A stretch of DNA of 43,860 nucleotides, counting the filler, from Somniosus microcephalus (taxonomy: Eukaryota): NCBI GenBank assembly GCA_052327205.1. It is 2 parts of 2 records of this genome, joined end to end, with 100 filler letters (N's around TTAATTAATTAA, not from the genome) between each part and the next. Parts side by side here need not be neighbours in the genome. Positions count along the whole stretch, not along the records: positions 1 to 18,587 come from JBMRGM010000035.1; positions 18,688 to 43,860 come from JBMRGM010000037.1. One strand, written 5' to 3'. The position numbers and the translations under genes are program-made. The notes beneath the pieces were generated by a model that was given only the letters and a program-made list of their open reading frames with translations, was not told the DNA's origin and searched no databases. How positions within the stretch are numbered: the stretch's first letter is position 1; each line of letters starts with the position of its first letter. This document shows positions 12,039 to 26,408 of this stretch, one piece after another.

Positions 12039-13050
12039 ATCAAACACTCCCAGGGCAGGTACAGCACGGGTTAGATACAGAGTAAAGTTCCATCTACACT
12101 GTCCCATCAAACACTCCCAGGGCAGGTACAGCACGGGTTAGATACAGAGTAAAGTTCCCTCTACACTGTCCCATCACACACTCCCAGGGCAGGTACAGCA
12201 CGGGTTCGATACAGAGTAAAGCTCCCTCTGCAATATCCCATCACACACTCCCAGGGCTGGTACAGCACGGGTTCGATACAGAGTAAAGTTCCCTCTACAC
12301 TGTCCCATCAAACACTCCCAGGGCAGGTACAGCACGGGTTAGGTACAGAGTAATGCTCCCTCTACACCGTCCCATCAAACACTCCCAGGGCAAGTACAGC
12401 ACGGGGTTAGATACAGAGTAAAGCTCCCTCTACACTGTCCCATCACACACTCCCAGGGCTGGTACAGCATGGGTTAGATACAGAGTAAAGCTCCCTCTAC
12501 ACTGTCCCATCAAACACTCCCAGGGCTGGTACAGCATGGGTTAGATACAGAGTAAAGCTCCCTCTACACTGTCCCTTCAAACACTCCCAGGACAGGTACA
12601 GCACAGGTTAGATACAGAGTAAAGTTCCCTCTACACTGTCCCATCAAACACTCCCAGGGCAGGTACAGCACGGGTTAGATACAGAGTAAAGTTCCCTCTA
12701 CACTGTCCCTTCAAACACTCCCAGGACAGGTACAGCACAGGTTAGATACAGAGTAAAGTTCCCTCTACACTGCCCCATCAAACACTCTCAGGGCAGGTAC
12801 AGCACGGGTTAGATACAGAGTAAAGCTCCCTCTACACCGTCCCATCAAACACTCCCAGGGCAGGTACAGCACAGGTTAGATACAGAGTAAAGCTCCCTCT
12901 ACACTGCCCCATCAAACACTCCCAGGGCAGGTACAGCACGGGTTAGATACAGAGTAAAGCTCCCTCTACACCGTCCCATCAAACACTCCCAGGGCAAGTA
13001 CAGCACGGGTTCGATACAGAGTAAAGCTCCCTCTACACTATCCCATCAAA
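12039..13050 (-). repeat. 67-bp tandem satellite, about 15 units, inverted relative to 4254-4998
   Basis: Reverse complement of the same unit (acactcccagggcaggtacagcacgggttagatacagagtaaagctccctctacactgtcccatcaa). Confidence 0.95.
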
Positions 13051-13552
13051 AGTAAGAGAATGTGATAACAATCTATCTAACCTATTTGAAGTCCCTCTCT
13101 CTCTCTCGATGACAAGAGACAGCATTCCTAGTTCTACCTGCAATCCTCTCCCCACCCATCCCCCTCCTGTGTTGTTCAAAGGCCTCGCTTCCCTACCAAT
13201 TACAGTTCTGGCCTCAAACCCGTCCTCCTTCTCTCTCGGCTGTTCTTGCCTTTGTTTTCGTTTCACATTCTTGACATTTACCCCGCATTACTCAGCAGCT
13301 CATTGACAGCTTGAGGTGCTTTTAAAGTTAAATATCAAATCTATTCAACAGCCACGCAGCAGCCAGAGGGCACTCAGACTGCAGCCTTCCTCTTTACCAA
13401 CGCGGTTCCCTCCTGCTTCTCGAGGGCAGGCCTGAGCAATGTAGGGATGTCCCACCCCCTCAATACTGATCCCCTTTACTCCCCCTCCCCCTATAGGCCT
13501 GGCCTTGTGCTGGGTCCGATTCCCTCGAAATGTCTCCTGGTTAAGCCTGAGC

Positions 13553-13835
13553 CACTAGGCTGTTATACAGTGCCTTTAAATTAGTAAAAACACAGGAGCG
13601 ATTATCAAACAAAATTTGGCACCGAGCCACATAAGGAGAAATTAGGGCAGGTGATCAAAAGCTTGGTCAAATAGGTAGGTTTTAAGGAGTGTCTTAAAAG
13701 GAGGAAAGGGAGGATGAGAGGCGGAGAGGTTTAGGGAGGGAATTCCAGAGCTTAGGACCCAGGCAGCTGAAGGCACGGCCGCCAACGGCAGAGCGATGAA
13801 AATCGGGGATGCGCAAGAGGCCAGAATTGGACCCG
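13553..13835 (-). mobile_element. L2-like LINE 3' end
   Basis: FKTLLKTYLFDQAFDHLP; homologous to 157-464. Confidence 0.7.
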
Positions 13836-14014
13836 GTTTCCAATTCTCCGTCGAGGCCAGGAACCGGAGCCCTGGATCATATTTCCCCCTCCCTGCCTCA
13901 GGGGACACTGAGACCAAACTTAGCCCTCTTAACCTCCACTCTGGTCTGAGATCAAGTAAATCAACGGAGACTGGGGATTGAACCTGGGGCACAACTAGTC
14001 TCTCCAGCTCAAGA

Positions 14015-14375
14015 GTTATACAGCACAGAAAGAGGCCCTTCGACCCATCGTGTCCGCGCCGGCCATCAAGCCCCGTCTATTCTAATCCCATTTTCCAGCA
14101 CTTGGTCCGTAGCCTTGTATGCTATGGCGTTTCAAGTGCTCATCTAAATGCTTCTTGAATATTGAGGGTTCCTGCCTCCACCACCCTTTCAGGCAGTGAG
14201 TTCCAGCTTCCAACCACCCTCTGGGTGAAAAAGTTTTTCCTCAAATCCCCTCTGAACCTCCTGCCCCTTACCTTAAAACTGTGCCCCCTGGTTATTGACC
14301 CCTCTACTAAGGGGAAAAGTTCCTTTCTATCTACCCTATCTATGCCCCTCATAATTTTGTACACCTCAATCAGGT
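14015..14375 (-). mobile_element. CR1 3' fragment (same subfamily as 5888-8202)
   Basis: DLIEVYKIMRGIDRVDRKELFPLVEGSITRGH is identical to the end of ORF 6918-8120. Confidence 0.9.
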
Positions 14376-14471
14376 CCAAGAAGTTCATTTTCAAGTGGAA
14401 AGACTGAACAAGAGCGAGATGGAGTGGAAAGAAAGGGGGCGAAGAGAGAGACAGCAGTTGTCAAACTCTCA

Positions 14472-14817
14472 GAATCGTACAGCACAGAAGGAGGCCCTTC
14501 GGCCCATCATGCTCCTGCCGGCTCTTTGAAAGAGCGACCCAATTAGTCCCACTCTCCCCCGCTCTTTAGCCCTGCAAATTTTTCCTTTTCAAATATTTAT
14601 CTAATTCCCTTTTGAAAGTTACTATTGACTCAGCTTCCACCGTACCTTCATGCAGTGCGTTCCAGATCACAACAAGTCACTGCATTAAAAAAAAATTCTC
14701 CCCATCTCTCCCTGTGCATCTTTTTGCCAATTACTTTAATCAGTGCCCTACGGTTACCGACCCTCCTGCCAGTGGAAACAGTTTCTTCCTTATTTACTCT
14801 CATCAAAACCCTTCATA
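14472..14817 (-). mobile_element. CR1 3' fragment (related to 8575-9121)
   Basis: Reverse-complement similarity to ~8770-9115. Confidence 0.8.
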
Positions 14818-14819
14818 AA

Positions 14820-16332
<1,513 letters not shown>

Positions 16333-16334
16333 GG

Positions 16335-16580
16335 CAGTAGTGGTGGAGTTACTGGAGTAGTCGTTCGGCAGATCTCGCCGAGTAGGACACAAGTTCAAAT
16401 CTCACCATGGGCAGTTTGAGAATTTGAATTAATTTACTTAAAAAAGCTGGCTTCAGTAAATCTGACCTTGAAGCTGTCAGATTGTCATAAAAACCCAAGG
16501 CGTTCACTGAGCCCTAAACCTGTTGGTCTGGTCCCTATATGTGGCTCCAGTCCCACACCAGCCTGGTTGACTCTTAACAA
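16335..16580 (+). mobile_element. Decayed tRNA-derived SINE of a second family
   Basis: B-box-like gttcaaatctcacc; body resembles a recalled common shark SINE (gattgtcataaaaaccca...ggttgactcttaac). Confidence 0.45.
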
Positions 16581-16586
16581 CCTTGT

Positions 16587-17008
16587 CAGCCGTGGCTCAG
16601 CTGGTAACAACTCCAGGGACTTGAGCACAAAAATCTAGGCTGGCACACTCCTCCAGTGCAGCACCGAGGGAGCGCTGCGCTGTCGGAGGGGACCTTAAAC
16701 CCAGGCCCTGTCTGCCCTCTTGGGTGGATGTAAACGATCCCGTGACCACTACTTCGAAGAAGAGCAGGGGGAGTTCTCCCCTGGTGTCCTGGGGAGAATA
16801 TTTATCCCTCAGACAACAGCACCAAAACAGATGATCTGGTCATTATCACATTGCTGTTTGTGGGAGCTTGCTGTGCACAAATTGGCAGCCACGTTTCCTA
16901 CATTACAACAGTGACGACACTCCAAAAAGTACTTCATTAGCTGTAAAGCGCTTTGGGACGTCTGGAGGTCGAGGAAAAGTGCTGCATAAAAGCAAGTGCT
17001 TTCTTTTA
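16587..17008 (+). mobile_element. DeuSINE (SacSINE1-like)
   Basis: Collinear with 842-2090 minus the CR1 insert, with internal deletions. Confidence 0.8.
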
Positions 17009-17574
17009 TGCCAACACCCGCGACTCCTTTATTTGGCGGCCCAGGGTTTTACAGTCGAGCAGAATTCGGGCAGAAAGGGTTAAAAAGGAACAGTAACATT
17101 TGGCAGCCTGTTTACTGGCGCAATAAAAAGCCCAAGTAAACGTCAGCATGCCGGTACGAAGTCTTATCCACCACACCTTGCACAGCTAACGTCTCGTGGA
17201 AGAACGCCACACACAACAACTGGGAGACTTTGGCCCCGCGATAGCGACTGACCATCGATCCATTAGGAGTTGCAAAAGCCATTGCTGGGGCGCCCTGCCC
17301 ACGCCCCTCACTGCCACGCTACCTCACACACGCAATTGTTATTCATGAACTCAGACAGTGTCTGCCCAACCTCGGTGGAGACGACAGCAGGGTCGGGGGG
17401 AATGTCGTGGCCCACACCCAATCCAGCCCCATCTGCCAAAGTCTATGGGGGGGGGGGGGTTTGGGGGAATTTTAACCTAACTCGCTGGAGCGGGAATCCC
17501 ACGGGATCGGGTGGCACGCCGGTTATACACACCACCCCTCCCACCCGCCCGATATTCCGTCCACTTCAAAAAGG

Positions 17575-17852
17575 GAGTCTGCTCTCTCAGTTGGAGGTAA
17601 AAGCTCCCATGGCGCTATTCGAAGAGGAGCAGGGGAGCTCCCCTGATGTTTATCCCTAAACCAACGCCTGAAACAGATGATCTGGTCATTTATCACACTG
17701 CTGTTCTGTGGGATCTTGCTGTGCGCAAATTGGCTGCCACGTTTCCTACATTGCAGCAGTGACTACACTTCAAAAAGTACTTCATTGGCTGTAAAGCACT
17801 TTGAGAAGTCCTAAGGTCGTGAAAGGCGCCACAGAAATGCATGTTCTTTCTT
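17575..17852 (+). mobile_element. DeuSINE 3' half
   Basis: Matches ~1800-2090. Confidence 0.75.
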
Positions 17853-18119
17853 GTTATTGACGTCGGGCGAATGGGGCTTTAGTTGTTTGGGGTCCAATTG
17901 TTGCCAATGCTCCATCTTTGCTGGTTCCAGTCCTGTGGACCGTTGGCACTTAGTGATCCCTCCGTAATGATAACCAACGCCACTCAAATTGTCTGTCGAA
18001 ACCCTTCAGACCTCCTCCATTGCAAACATTTGACTGAGGAGACTGGTCAGTCTTAAAATCCCTTTACTTAACACGTTTCTCGGTCACATTGACTTCAAAG
18101 TCAAAGTCTCTAGAATATT

Positions 18120-18587
18120 ATACATATCAGGAAAGGATGAACAAGCTGGGTCTCTTTTCTCTTGAGAAAAGAAGGCTGAGGGGCGACCTAATAGAGGTCT
18201 TTAAAATTATGAGAGCTTTTGACAGAGTAGATGCAGAGAGAATGTTCCCATAGGGATCAAGGGATATGGGGAGAAGGCAGGGACAGGGTACTGAATTTGG
18301 ATGATCAGCCATGATCTCATTGAATGGCAAAGCAGGCTCGAAGGGCTGAATGGCCTACTCCTGCTCCTATCTTCTATGTTTCTATTTGTGGGGAAGAGCA
18401 TAACCAGAGGCCAATCAATATAAGATAGTCACCAAGAAATCCAATAGGGAATTCAGAAGGAACTTCTTTACCCAGAGAGTGGTGAGAATGTGGAACGCAC
18501 TACCACAGGGAGTGGTTGAGGCGAATAGTATAGATGCATTTAAGGGGAGGCTGGACAAGCATATATGAGGGAGAAAGGAATAGAGGA
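18120..18587 (+). mobile_element. CR1 3' fragment with a nested CR1 3'UTR (~18252-18385)
   Basis: The outer ORF2-end sequence resumes after an insert that matches ~1535-1667. Confidence 0.8.
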
Positions 18588-18687
18588 NNNNNNNNNNNNN
18601 NNNNNNNNNNNNNNNNNNNNNNNNNNNNNNNTTAATTAATTAANNNNNNNNNNNNNNNNNNNNNNNNNNNNNNNNNNNNNNNNNNNN
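18588..18687. other. Assembly gap with artificial six-frame-stop linker
   Basis: 44 N + TTAATTAATTAA + 44 N, exactly 100 bp. Confidence 0.95.
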
Positions 18688-19305
18688 GAGGGAGGAGGAG
18701 AGAGCTGGGAGGGAGGGGGTGATAGAGAGTGGGATGGAGGGAGGAGAGAGAGAGTGGGAGGGAGGGGACAGAGAGAGAGGGGGAGGGAGGGGGCAGAGGG
18801 AGAGGGGGAGGGAGGGGGCAGAGGGAGAGGGGGAGGGAGGGGGCAGAGGGAGAGGGGGAGGGAGGGGGCAGAGGGAGAGGGGGAGGGAGGGGGCAGAGGG
18901 AGAGGGAGAGGGAGAGGGGGAGGGAGGGGGGAGAGGGGGAGGGAGGGGGGAGAGGGGGAGGGAGGGGGGAGAGGGGGAGGGAGGGGGCAGAGAGAGAGGG
19001 GGAGGGAGGGGGCAGAGAGAGAGGGGGAGAGATAGAGCGTGAGGCAGGGGACAGAGAGAGGGTGAGGCAGGGGAGAGAGAGAGGGGGTAGAGAGAGGGGG
19101 TAGAGAGAGGGGGGAAAGAGAGGGGGGAAAGAGAGGGGGGAAAGAGAGAGGGGTATGGGGTAGAGGGGAGAGGGGAGAGGAGGAGGGAGAGGGGGAGAGG
19201 CAGGGGGAGGGGGGGAGGGGGTGGGGGGGGAGGGGAGAGGGGTGTAGGTGGAGGAGGGGAGGGTGGCGTGGGAAGGGGAGGAGGAGAGAGTGACAGAGGA
19301 AAGGA
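18688..19305. repeat. G/A-rich purine tract with ~21-bp repeats and many G-runs
   Basis: Repeats of gagggagagggggagggagggggca type next to the gap. Confidence 0.9.
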
Positions 19306-19309
19306 GAGA

Positions 19310-19700
19310 GCGAGGGCGAGTGGCCTGCGGCCGCAAATGGAGCCAAGCCCCGGGAACGGGCGTGAGTCGGCTTGAGGCTGTGAGAGACGGCCGTGCCCGG
19401 TTGCCGGGGTAAACCTTCACCCGCTCCCGAGCCCCGACCCCCGCCTTCTCGAGCCCCGGCGCCCTCCCAAGCCGGTTGAAGACCGCCAATTACGGCTGGG
19501 CCTGTGCTACCGCGCTCTGTGTCTTGGGCTTGAGACGCCGCCCGGGACTGGAGGGAGGGAGCGAGTGAGTCGGAGCACGCCCAGTTACACCCTGAATACG
19601 CATGTGCAGCACGCACACAGCATGCTTGTAGTTGTAATCGTTCCTTGTCACGTTGGACTGAGGCTTCCCTGGTTACTGTTGCTAGGTGACGTGAGGAGAA
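19310..19700 (-). promoter_or_regulatory. CpG island: probable proximal promoter and 5' UTR of the EEIG-like gene
   Basis: CpG-rich unique sequence upstream of the minus-strand exons. Contains NRF1-like tacgcatgtgca (~19597), ZNF143-like gcatgcttgtagttgtaat (~19620), RFX X-box-like gttgctaggtgac (19678-19690) and tgacgtg. Confidence 0.6.
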
Positions 19701-20029
19701 TGAACCGAAATGATTTTTTTATAAAGATAAAACCCCGAGAGAAATAAGGAGCTATGAACAGAGAGTTTATTTATATTTTTAGGGAAAAACTGAAGTAAAA
19801 TTTTTAAAGTCGGTAATTAAATAAGGGAAAAATCCAATAAAAGTTCTCCCCCCCCTCCGTCTGCCTCCGAATGAAATAGGCCACGTGTTTGTCGAAAAGC
19901 GTGCCCTGGGTTTTTAAAAAAAATGTAAAATGTTGATTTCCAATGCAAGTGCGGAGGAAATGGCCGAAATGTTTGTATTTTTTTTAAAAAAGATAAAACC
20001 CCGATGGGAAAAAGAAATGAACAGTTAAA

Positions 20030-20260
20030 AATCAAGATGGCTGACACTCACCTCAGTTCAGAATGATTAGGCCCGCCCACACATGCACCGATTGGTCAAC
20101 CCTCAGTTCACTGAAGTGTAGGATTGGTCAATCGTCACGTCACTCAACTCTCGGATGGCCCGCCCGCACATGCAATGAACCCGCCCCCGTGACGCAGCGA
20201 TTGGTCGAACGTCGGGTCGCTCGACTGTACAATTGGTCAACCTTCACGTCACTCAATGCT
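20030..20260. promoter_or_regulatory. Distal promoter module: GC boxes, four CCAAT boxes, two CRE-like sites, YY1-like site
   Basis: ATTGG at 20091, 20123, 20200, 20232; TCACGTCA at 20135 and 20244; CCCGCCC at ~20072, ~20159, ~20180; CAAGATGGC at ~20033. Confidence 0.65.
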
Positions 20261-20502
20261 AATGAGTGGATAATGAGCAGAATTTTGAAAATTTTTGTAT
20301 ACCGTCCAAACAATTTTTGTGTGACGAAAAAGTTAATACACCTATGAGGGTCCCCTAATGATAAGCTTTCTTTTGATATAACTTATGTGTAGGTATACTC
20401 TATACCTTTGAATTTATAGCCGGACAGACAGACAGAGAGACTGACATAGAGACAGACAGAGTGACAGACAGAGAGACATACCGGTTTATATATATAGATA
20501 TA

Positions 20503-22281
20503 GGTTAAGGGTAAGAGGAAAACTAGGGAAAGAGTAGGGCCCATTAGGGACCAGAGTGGCAAGCTGTGTGTCGAGGCAGATGATGTCGGTGGGATTTTAA
20601 ATGAATTTTTTGCATCTGTGTTCACTATGGAGAAGGACGATGTGGGCATAGAAATCGGGCAGGGGGACTGTGATATACTTGAACATATTGGCATCGAGAG
20701 GGAGGAAGTACTAGCAGTTTTACCAGGCTTAAAAGTGGATAAATCCCCAGGACCGGACGAGATGTATCCCAGGCTACTATGTGAGGCAAAGGAGGAGATT
20801 GCAGGAGTTCTGACACAAATTTTCAGAACCTCTCTGGCCACAAGGGATGTGCAAGAGGACTGAAGAACAGCAAACGTAGTACCATTATTCAAGAAGGGTA
20901 GCAGGGATAAACCAGGGAATTACAGGCCAGTGAGCCTAACATCAGTGAAAATTATTGCGAAAAATTCTGAGGGACAGAATTAGTCTCCACTTGGAGAGGC
21001 AAGGATTAATTAGGGATAGCCAGCATGGCTTTGTCAAGGGAAGATCATGTCTGACCATTTTGATTGAATTTTTGCAGGGCGTGACGAGGTGTGTGGATGA
21101 GGTTAGTGCAGTGGATGTGGTTTACATGGACTTCAGTAAGGCTTTTGATAAAGTCCCGCATAGGAGACTGGTCAGGAAGGTAAGAGCCCATGCGATGAAA
21201 GGTGCCTTGGCACATTGGATCCAAAATTGTCTTAGTGGCAGAAGGCAGAGGGTGATGGTGGAAGGTTGTTTTTGTGATTGGAAGCCTGTGTCCAGTGGGG
21301 TACCACAGGGATCGGTGCTGGGTCCCTTGCTGTTTGTGGTCTACATTAATTACTTGGATGTGAATGTAAAAGGTATTATCAGTAAGTTCGCAGATGACAC
21401 GAAAATTGGTGGGTTTGTTAAATAGCGAGGAGGGAAGCCACAGGCTACAGGACGAAATAGATGGGTTGGTCAGATGGGCGGAGCAGTGGCAAATGGAATT
21501 TAACCCTGAAACGTGTGAGGTGATGCATTTCGGACGGACTAACAAGGACCCTAGGAAAGACAGAGGATTAGAGGGACCTTGGTGTGCATCTACATAGATC
21601 CCTGAAGGCAGCAGAACAGGTGGATAAGGTGGTTAAAAAGGCATATGGGATACTTGCATTCATTAGCCGAGGCTTAGAATATAAGAGCAGGGAGGTTATG
21701 ATGGAGCTGTACAAAACGTTGGTAAGGCCACAGCTGGAGTACTGTGTGCAGTTCTGGTCGCCACACTATAGGAAGGATGTGATTGCTTTGGAGAGGGTGC
21801 AGAGGAGATTGACCAGGATGTTACCTGGGCTGGAGCGCTTCAGCTATGAAGAAAGACAGGACAGGTTGGGATTGTTTTCCTTGGAGCAGAGAAGGCTGAG
21901 GGGGACCTGATTGAGGTGTACACAATTATGAGGGGCATAGATAGGATAGATAGAAGGGAACTTTGCCCCTCAGTAGAGGGGTCAATAACACGGAGGCATA
22001 GATTCAAGGTAAGGGGCAGGAGGTTTAGAGGGGATTTGAGGAAGAACTTTTACACCCAGAGGGTGGTTGAAATCTGGAACTCACTGCCTGAAACGGTGGT
22101 AGAGGCAGGAACCCTCACAACATTCAAGAATCATTTGGATGAGCACTTGAAATGCCATAGAATACAAGGCTACGGACCAAATGCTGGAAAATGGGATTCG
22201 ATCAGACAGGGCTTGATGGCTGGCGCGAATGCGATGGGATGAAGGGCCTCTTTCTGTGCTGTAAAACTCTATGACTCTATG
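20503..22281 (+). mobile_element. 5'-truncated CR1 LINE (same subfamily as 5888-8202)
   Basis: KSPGPD, MDFSKAFD, GVPQGSVLGP, FADDTK with stops and frameshifts; tail ctctatgactctatg. Confidence 0.95.
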
Positions 22282-25200
22282 GCGTGGCTGCACTGATCTC
22301 CACTTCTTCCCCTCGCAGATTATGGCTGCTGACTGGGGACCTCTGTCTTTCGGCTTCTCCCTGACACGGGAGGCCGCCCTTTTTAACTGAAGAGCCAGTG
22401 ACCATACTTTTCTGTGCTGGGGTGGCCGAGGAGACCTTCTAGGGATTGCTACCGGTGGGGCCACCCTGGCGAATGGACCTTTGGCTCGGGCCACAGTCCT
22501 CGCTGGCTAGGGGCCTTCTCCCTCGGGTCCCTCCCCTCCCAAACCTGAACTGGGGATGGGCAATCCCTCGCCACCGGCTGCCGGCAGCTGAGGGTCTACC
22601 CCTCCAGGTTCAAAACCTGGTTCAATCTCGGGGCCATCTGATTCGGGCTCCTTCTCCTCGGAATCCCATAGGAGAGGGGTAGTGGTCTGGACAAATTGCT
22701 GGGGAACTTCTCCCTTGATGCACGCGACTGCGCCTGCATGTGCAGCCTGCGTGTGTGTACCCACTGCGGGGTGAGGATTCCTAACCTCGGGTTGAATCCC
22801 AGCTGCCTGTTTCCCTGCCTCCGGCTTAAACAACTTACATTGATTCACATGGAACCATTTTGTGCGCCGGGGCATTTTTACTGCATAAACCATGGGGCTG
22901 CCTTTATCGACTATGCTATAGGGTCACATGTACAGTGGCTCTAAACTCCCCACTCGGGCGTAGTTACTAACCATCACTTGGTCCCCTATCTCACATTGGT
23001 GACTCTTGCTAGGATCGAGCAGCAACTGATTATTCCTATGCTGCTTCCCCATGCTACTTGCTGCCTGTTCATAAATCTGTTTCAGGCGCTCGAGGACTCT
23101 TCGAGCGAATTTATCCCGATTTATATCCCGAAACTGCCCTTCAGTGAGAACTGGGGATAAGACATGGGTGGGGGTCCTCATAACACTACCGGTCATGAGT
23201 TCATGTGGGGAATATCCTGTACCCTTGGACTGGCTGGCCCGGATCCCCATGAGGACTAGAGGCAGGACCTCTGCCCATTTTTGGGGCGAGCCCACTGTCT
23301 CCTTCCTCAACTTTTTTTTAACGGTACGGTTCATGCGCTCCACAATCCCTGAGGACTGTGGATTGTGAGCTATGTGCCACTTCCCCTTGATGCCGAGCAG
23401 CATAAGGATGTTCTGCATGACTTGGCCGGTGAAGTGGCTTCCCTCATCGGAGTCCACGAACTGGAGTAGTCACTACCACGAGAACACCTCTTGCACCAAG
23501 ATCCTTGCACTCCCTAATGCTGTGGCCATTCTGCAGGGGAAGGCTTCCACCCACTTGGAAAACACGTCTACCAGGACAAGGCAGTATTTGTAGCCTCCCT
23601 GGACGGTGGGCAGTGGCCTGATGTACTCGATCTGGATCGGCTGCCATGGTCCCTCTACCCTCCTAACGTGTCCCATTGGCACCTTCCTTCTGTGGGGGTC
23701 GGGGTTGTTTGCAGCGCCCACAAGATAGCTAGCAAAGAACTCGCGGACGTCTTCCCGGAGTCCTGGCCACCATCCCGCCTGTTCCACCCATTGCCAGGTG
23801 GTCTCAGACCCGGGGTGTCCCGCTCCCGGACCCACATGGGCCAGTTGAAGGAACTCCCTCCGGTGTTGCTGGTGCTCTACCCACTGTTCTGCTTTGAACA
23901 GCATGCCTTCCCTTATGGAGAGGGCCACTGTGCCGTAAGTGCCTTCTACCTTCCTGCCCTCCACTACTGCACTAATGACGACTTTCAGGACAGGGTCCTG
24001 GGCTTGGACCGTTTTAAGGTCCAGGGCTAACACTACCCCTAAGCTCCCTTGGGTCCCATCCCTGCCTCTAACTGCTGCCACGGGCTCAGACTCATACGAA
24101 TCTCAGAAAGTGCCTGCGTCTGCACCCTCCTTGGCCATCATGTCGGCTTGCTGGTTACCCTGGCTGCGGGGCTTTGTGGAGGAATGGGCCTTCACTTTGT
24201 GGATGAAGACCTCACCTTCCTCCCCCACAGCTACCAGGATTTTATGCAGCAGGGGCTTTACTGTTAAGGGCCTCCTGTCGGCGGAGGTATACCTGCAAAG
24301 GGACCAGATGGCCAGTTATTCCGTACAGGAGTTGCAAGTGAACATGCTGTCTGAGCAAATCGTGTATGGGGTGGGGAAGATTTCAGGGTGGGTAACCACT
24401 TACACCACCGCGGACAGTTCAGAATGTTGGGCGCTCATGGTACTGGGGAGCTTGATCGCCAGGGCAATGTTTGCCATTGGGTCATAAACTCCACACCCAG
24501 TGAGTCGTTCACCAGTAGATACCATGCTGGAACCGTCTACATAGATATCGCGGCCTGAGGGATGTATCCCAGCCCGTAAACCTATGTTCCCCTCCCATAC
24601 CACTGCTCTGGAACACCGATGGGCTGTTCCAGGATATACCATATTGGCCGCGAGCTTTGGCTCGAAAAGGCCCCTCACCTTCAGATCCATCTGTGAGAGG
24701 AGGATCCAGCGCGCAATGCAGGCACTGCTGACTCTCCCATCATTAATCCTCCCGTCCAGAAGCATCTGGGTGGGTGTATGATGTGTGAGTAGGGTGATGG
24801 GAGAGGTGCCTGTGAAGATCGAGGATCTTTTCACAGCCAAATACTTGGCCTAAAGGTGCCGTTCGCAAATTGAGTAACTCCTCTCCACATCAGTGAGTAT
24901 TCTGGCGGAGTAGACCACGGGACTTAGCCTGCCTTGCCGCTCCTGGAGCAGCACAGCACTGAGACTATCTCCGCTGGCCACTACCTTCAAGAAGAACTCC
25001 TTCCCCCCATCGATGGCTCCCAGAGCTGGTGCGGTCTGCAGGTCCCACTTGAGCTGGACAAATGCTGCCTGGCACCCCTCATCCCAACTCCACTCCACTC
25101 CACTCCCTTGTGTAGGATTCGGAGCAGAGGGGCTGCTGTGGCTGCATAGTCTTCAATGAAGGCTCTGCAGTGCCCCGTTAACCCTAGGAACGACCTCAAA

Positions 25201-26408
25201 CCTCGCACTGTGTTGGGGACCGGCAATTCTTGTACCGCTTCCCCCCTAAACTTGTCTATGGCTCTTTCTCCCCTGCGCGGATGGTTAGGCCCAGGAATTT
25301 ACCTCCCCACTGGCTGATCTGCGCCTTTCTTGGGTTACTTTGAACCCCTTACACTGTAGCGGCTCCAGCAGTTCGGCCAGCAGCGGGCCGTGCTCCCCGA
25401 CTGAGTCGGTAAACAAGAGCAGGTCATCAACATACTGCACTAACTGGGTGGGCTGACTAAATTCTTTTAAACTATCCGCCATACACTGGTGGTAGATGCT
25501 GCGGCTGTTATGAAACCCTTGTGGCAAGCATTTCCAAGTGTACTGTTGCACTTTAAAAGTAAAGGCAAATTTGTACTGGTCCTCCTGCCTTAAGGGGATG
25601 GACCAAAACCCATTTGAAATATCCAGCACCGTGAATGTGGTCGCAGATGCTGGAATAATTCTGTTGATGTTGGCAACTGCTGCCACTGTGGGGGCACACG
25701 CAGGGTTATTGCTGTTGGGCACCCGATAGTCCACTGTGGCTCTCCGTGAGTTGTCCGGTGTCTTAACCAGCCAAAGCGGAGAATTAACATGGTTGGCTAT
25801 GGGACTCAACACTCCCTGCTGTACGAAAGAGGACATGGCTGCTTCCATGTCAGCCTCTGCTTCTCGCGGGAAGCTATACTGCTTCTGGGGCCGTGCCATG
25901 GGGTCCCCGTCTACTCTGACCTCAAACCCGGTGACCCTCCCGCAGTCATGTTTGTGCGTGGCAAACACGGCCAGGTGGGCTTGCAGGAATACCTGGAATT
26001 CCCTCGGGACACCATCGACCATGCGCCCGAGGTTGTAACCCTCTTTCGGCTTCACAGTACACAGGGTCCCCTTTCCTTCCTTTCCTGGGATGACTACCAC
26101 ACCGCCCTCCTTACCCGTGTTGGCTCCCCAGAGGCAATGATTGCGGAGATCCACAATGATCACGTGCCCCACGATAAAGTCGGCCCCTAGGATCCCTTTG
26201 CCTCCCTCTGCTTCCCACCTCGCCAGGATGCACGTCCACTTGGTCTGGAGCATGCCCAGCCTGATTGAGAGCGGCTTGGAGTGTGCTTCCGCCTGTTCCT
26301 TGCCTGTGAATCCCGGTAGGATGTATGGAACCCCGCTAGACAGAGATGAGGTGGTGGGGTTAGCTGTGTGGATCATGGTGGACGATGCTCCCGTATCCAG
26401 CAGATAAG

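Noticed and set aside
18632-18643. TTAATTAATTAA palindrome as a biological site
   Set aside because: Centred between two 44-N runs; an assembly linker.
20284-20289. TTTGAA as the CHR element of a plus-strand cell-cycle gene
   Set aside because: A hexamer alone is weak evidence, and no plus-strand host exons were found downstream in the window.
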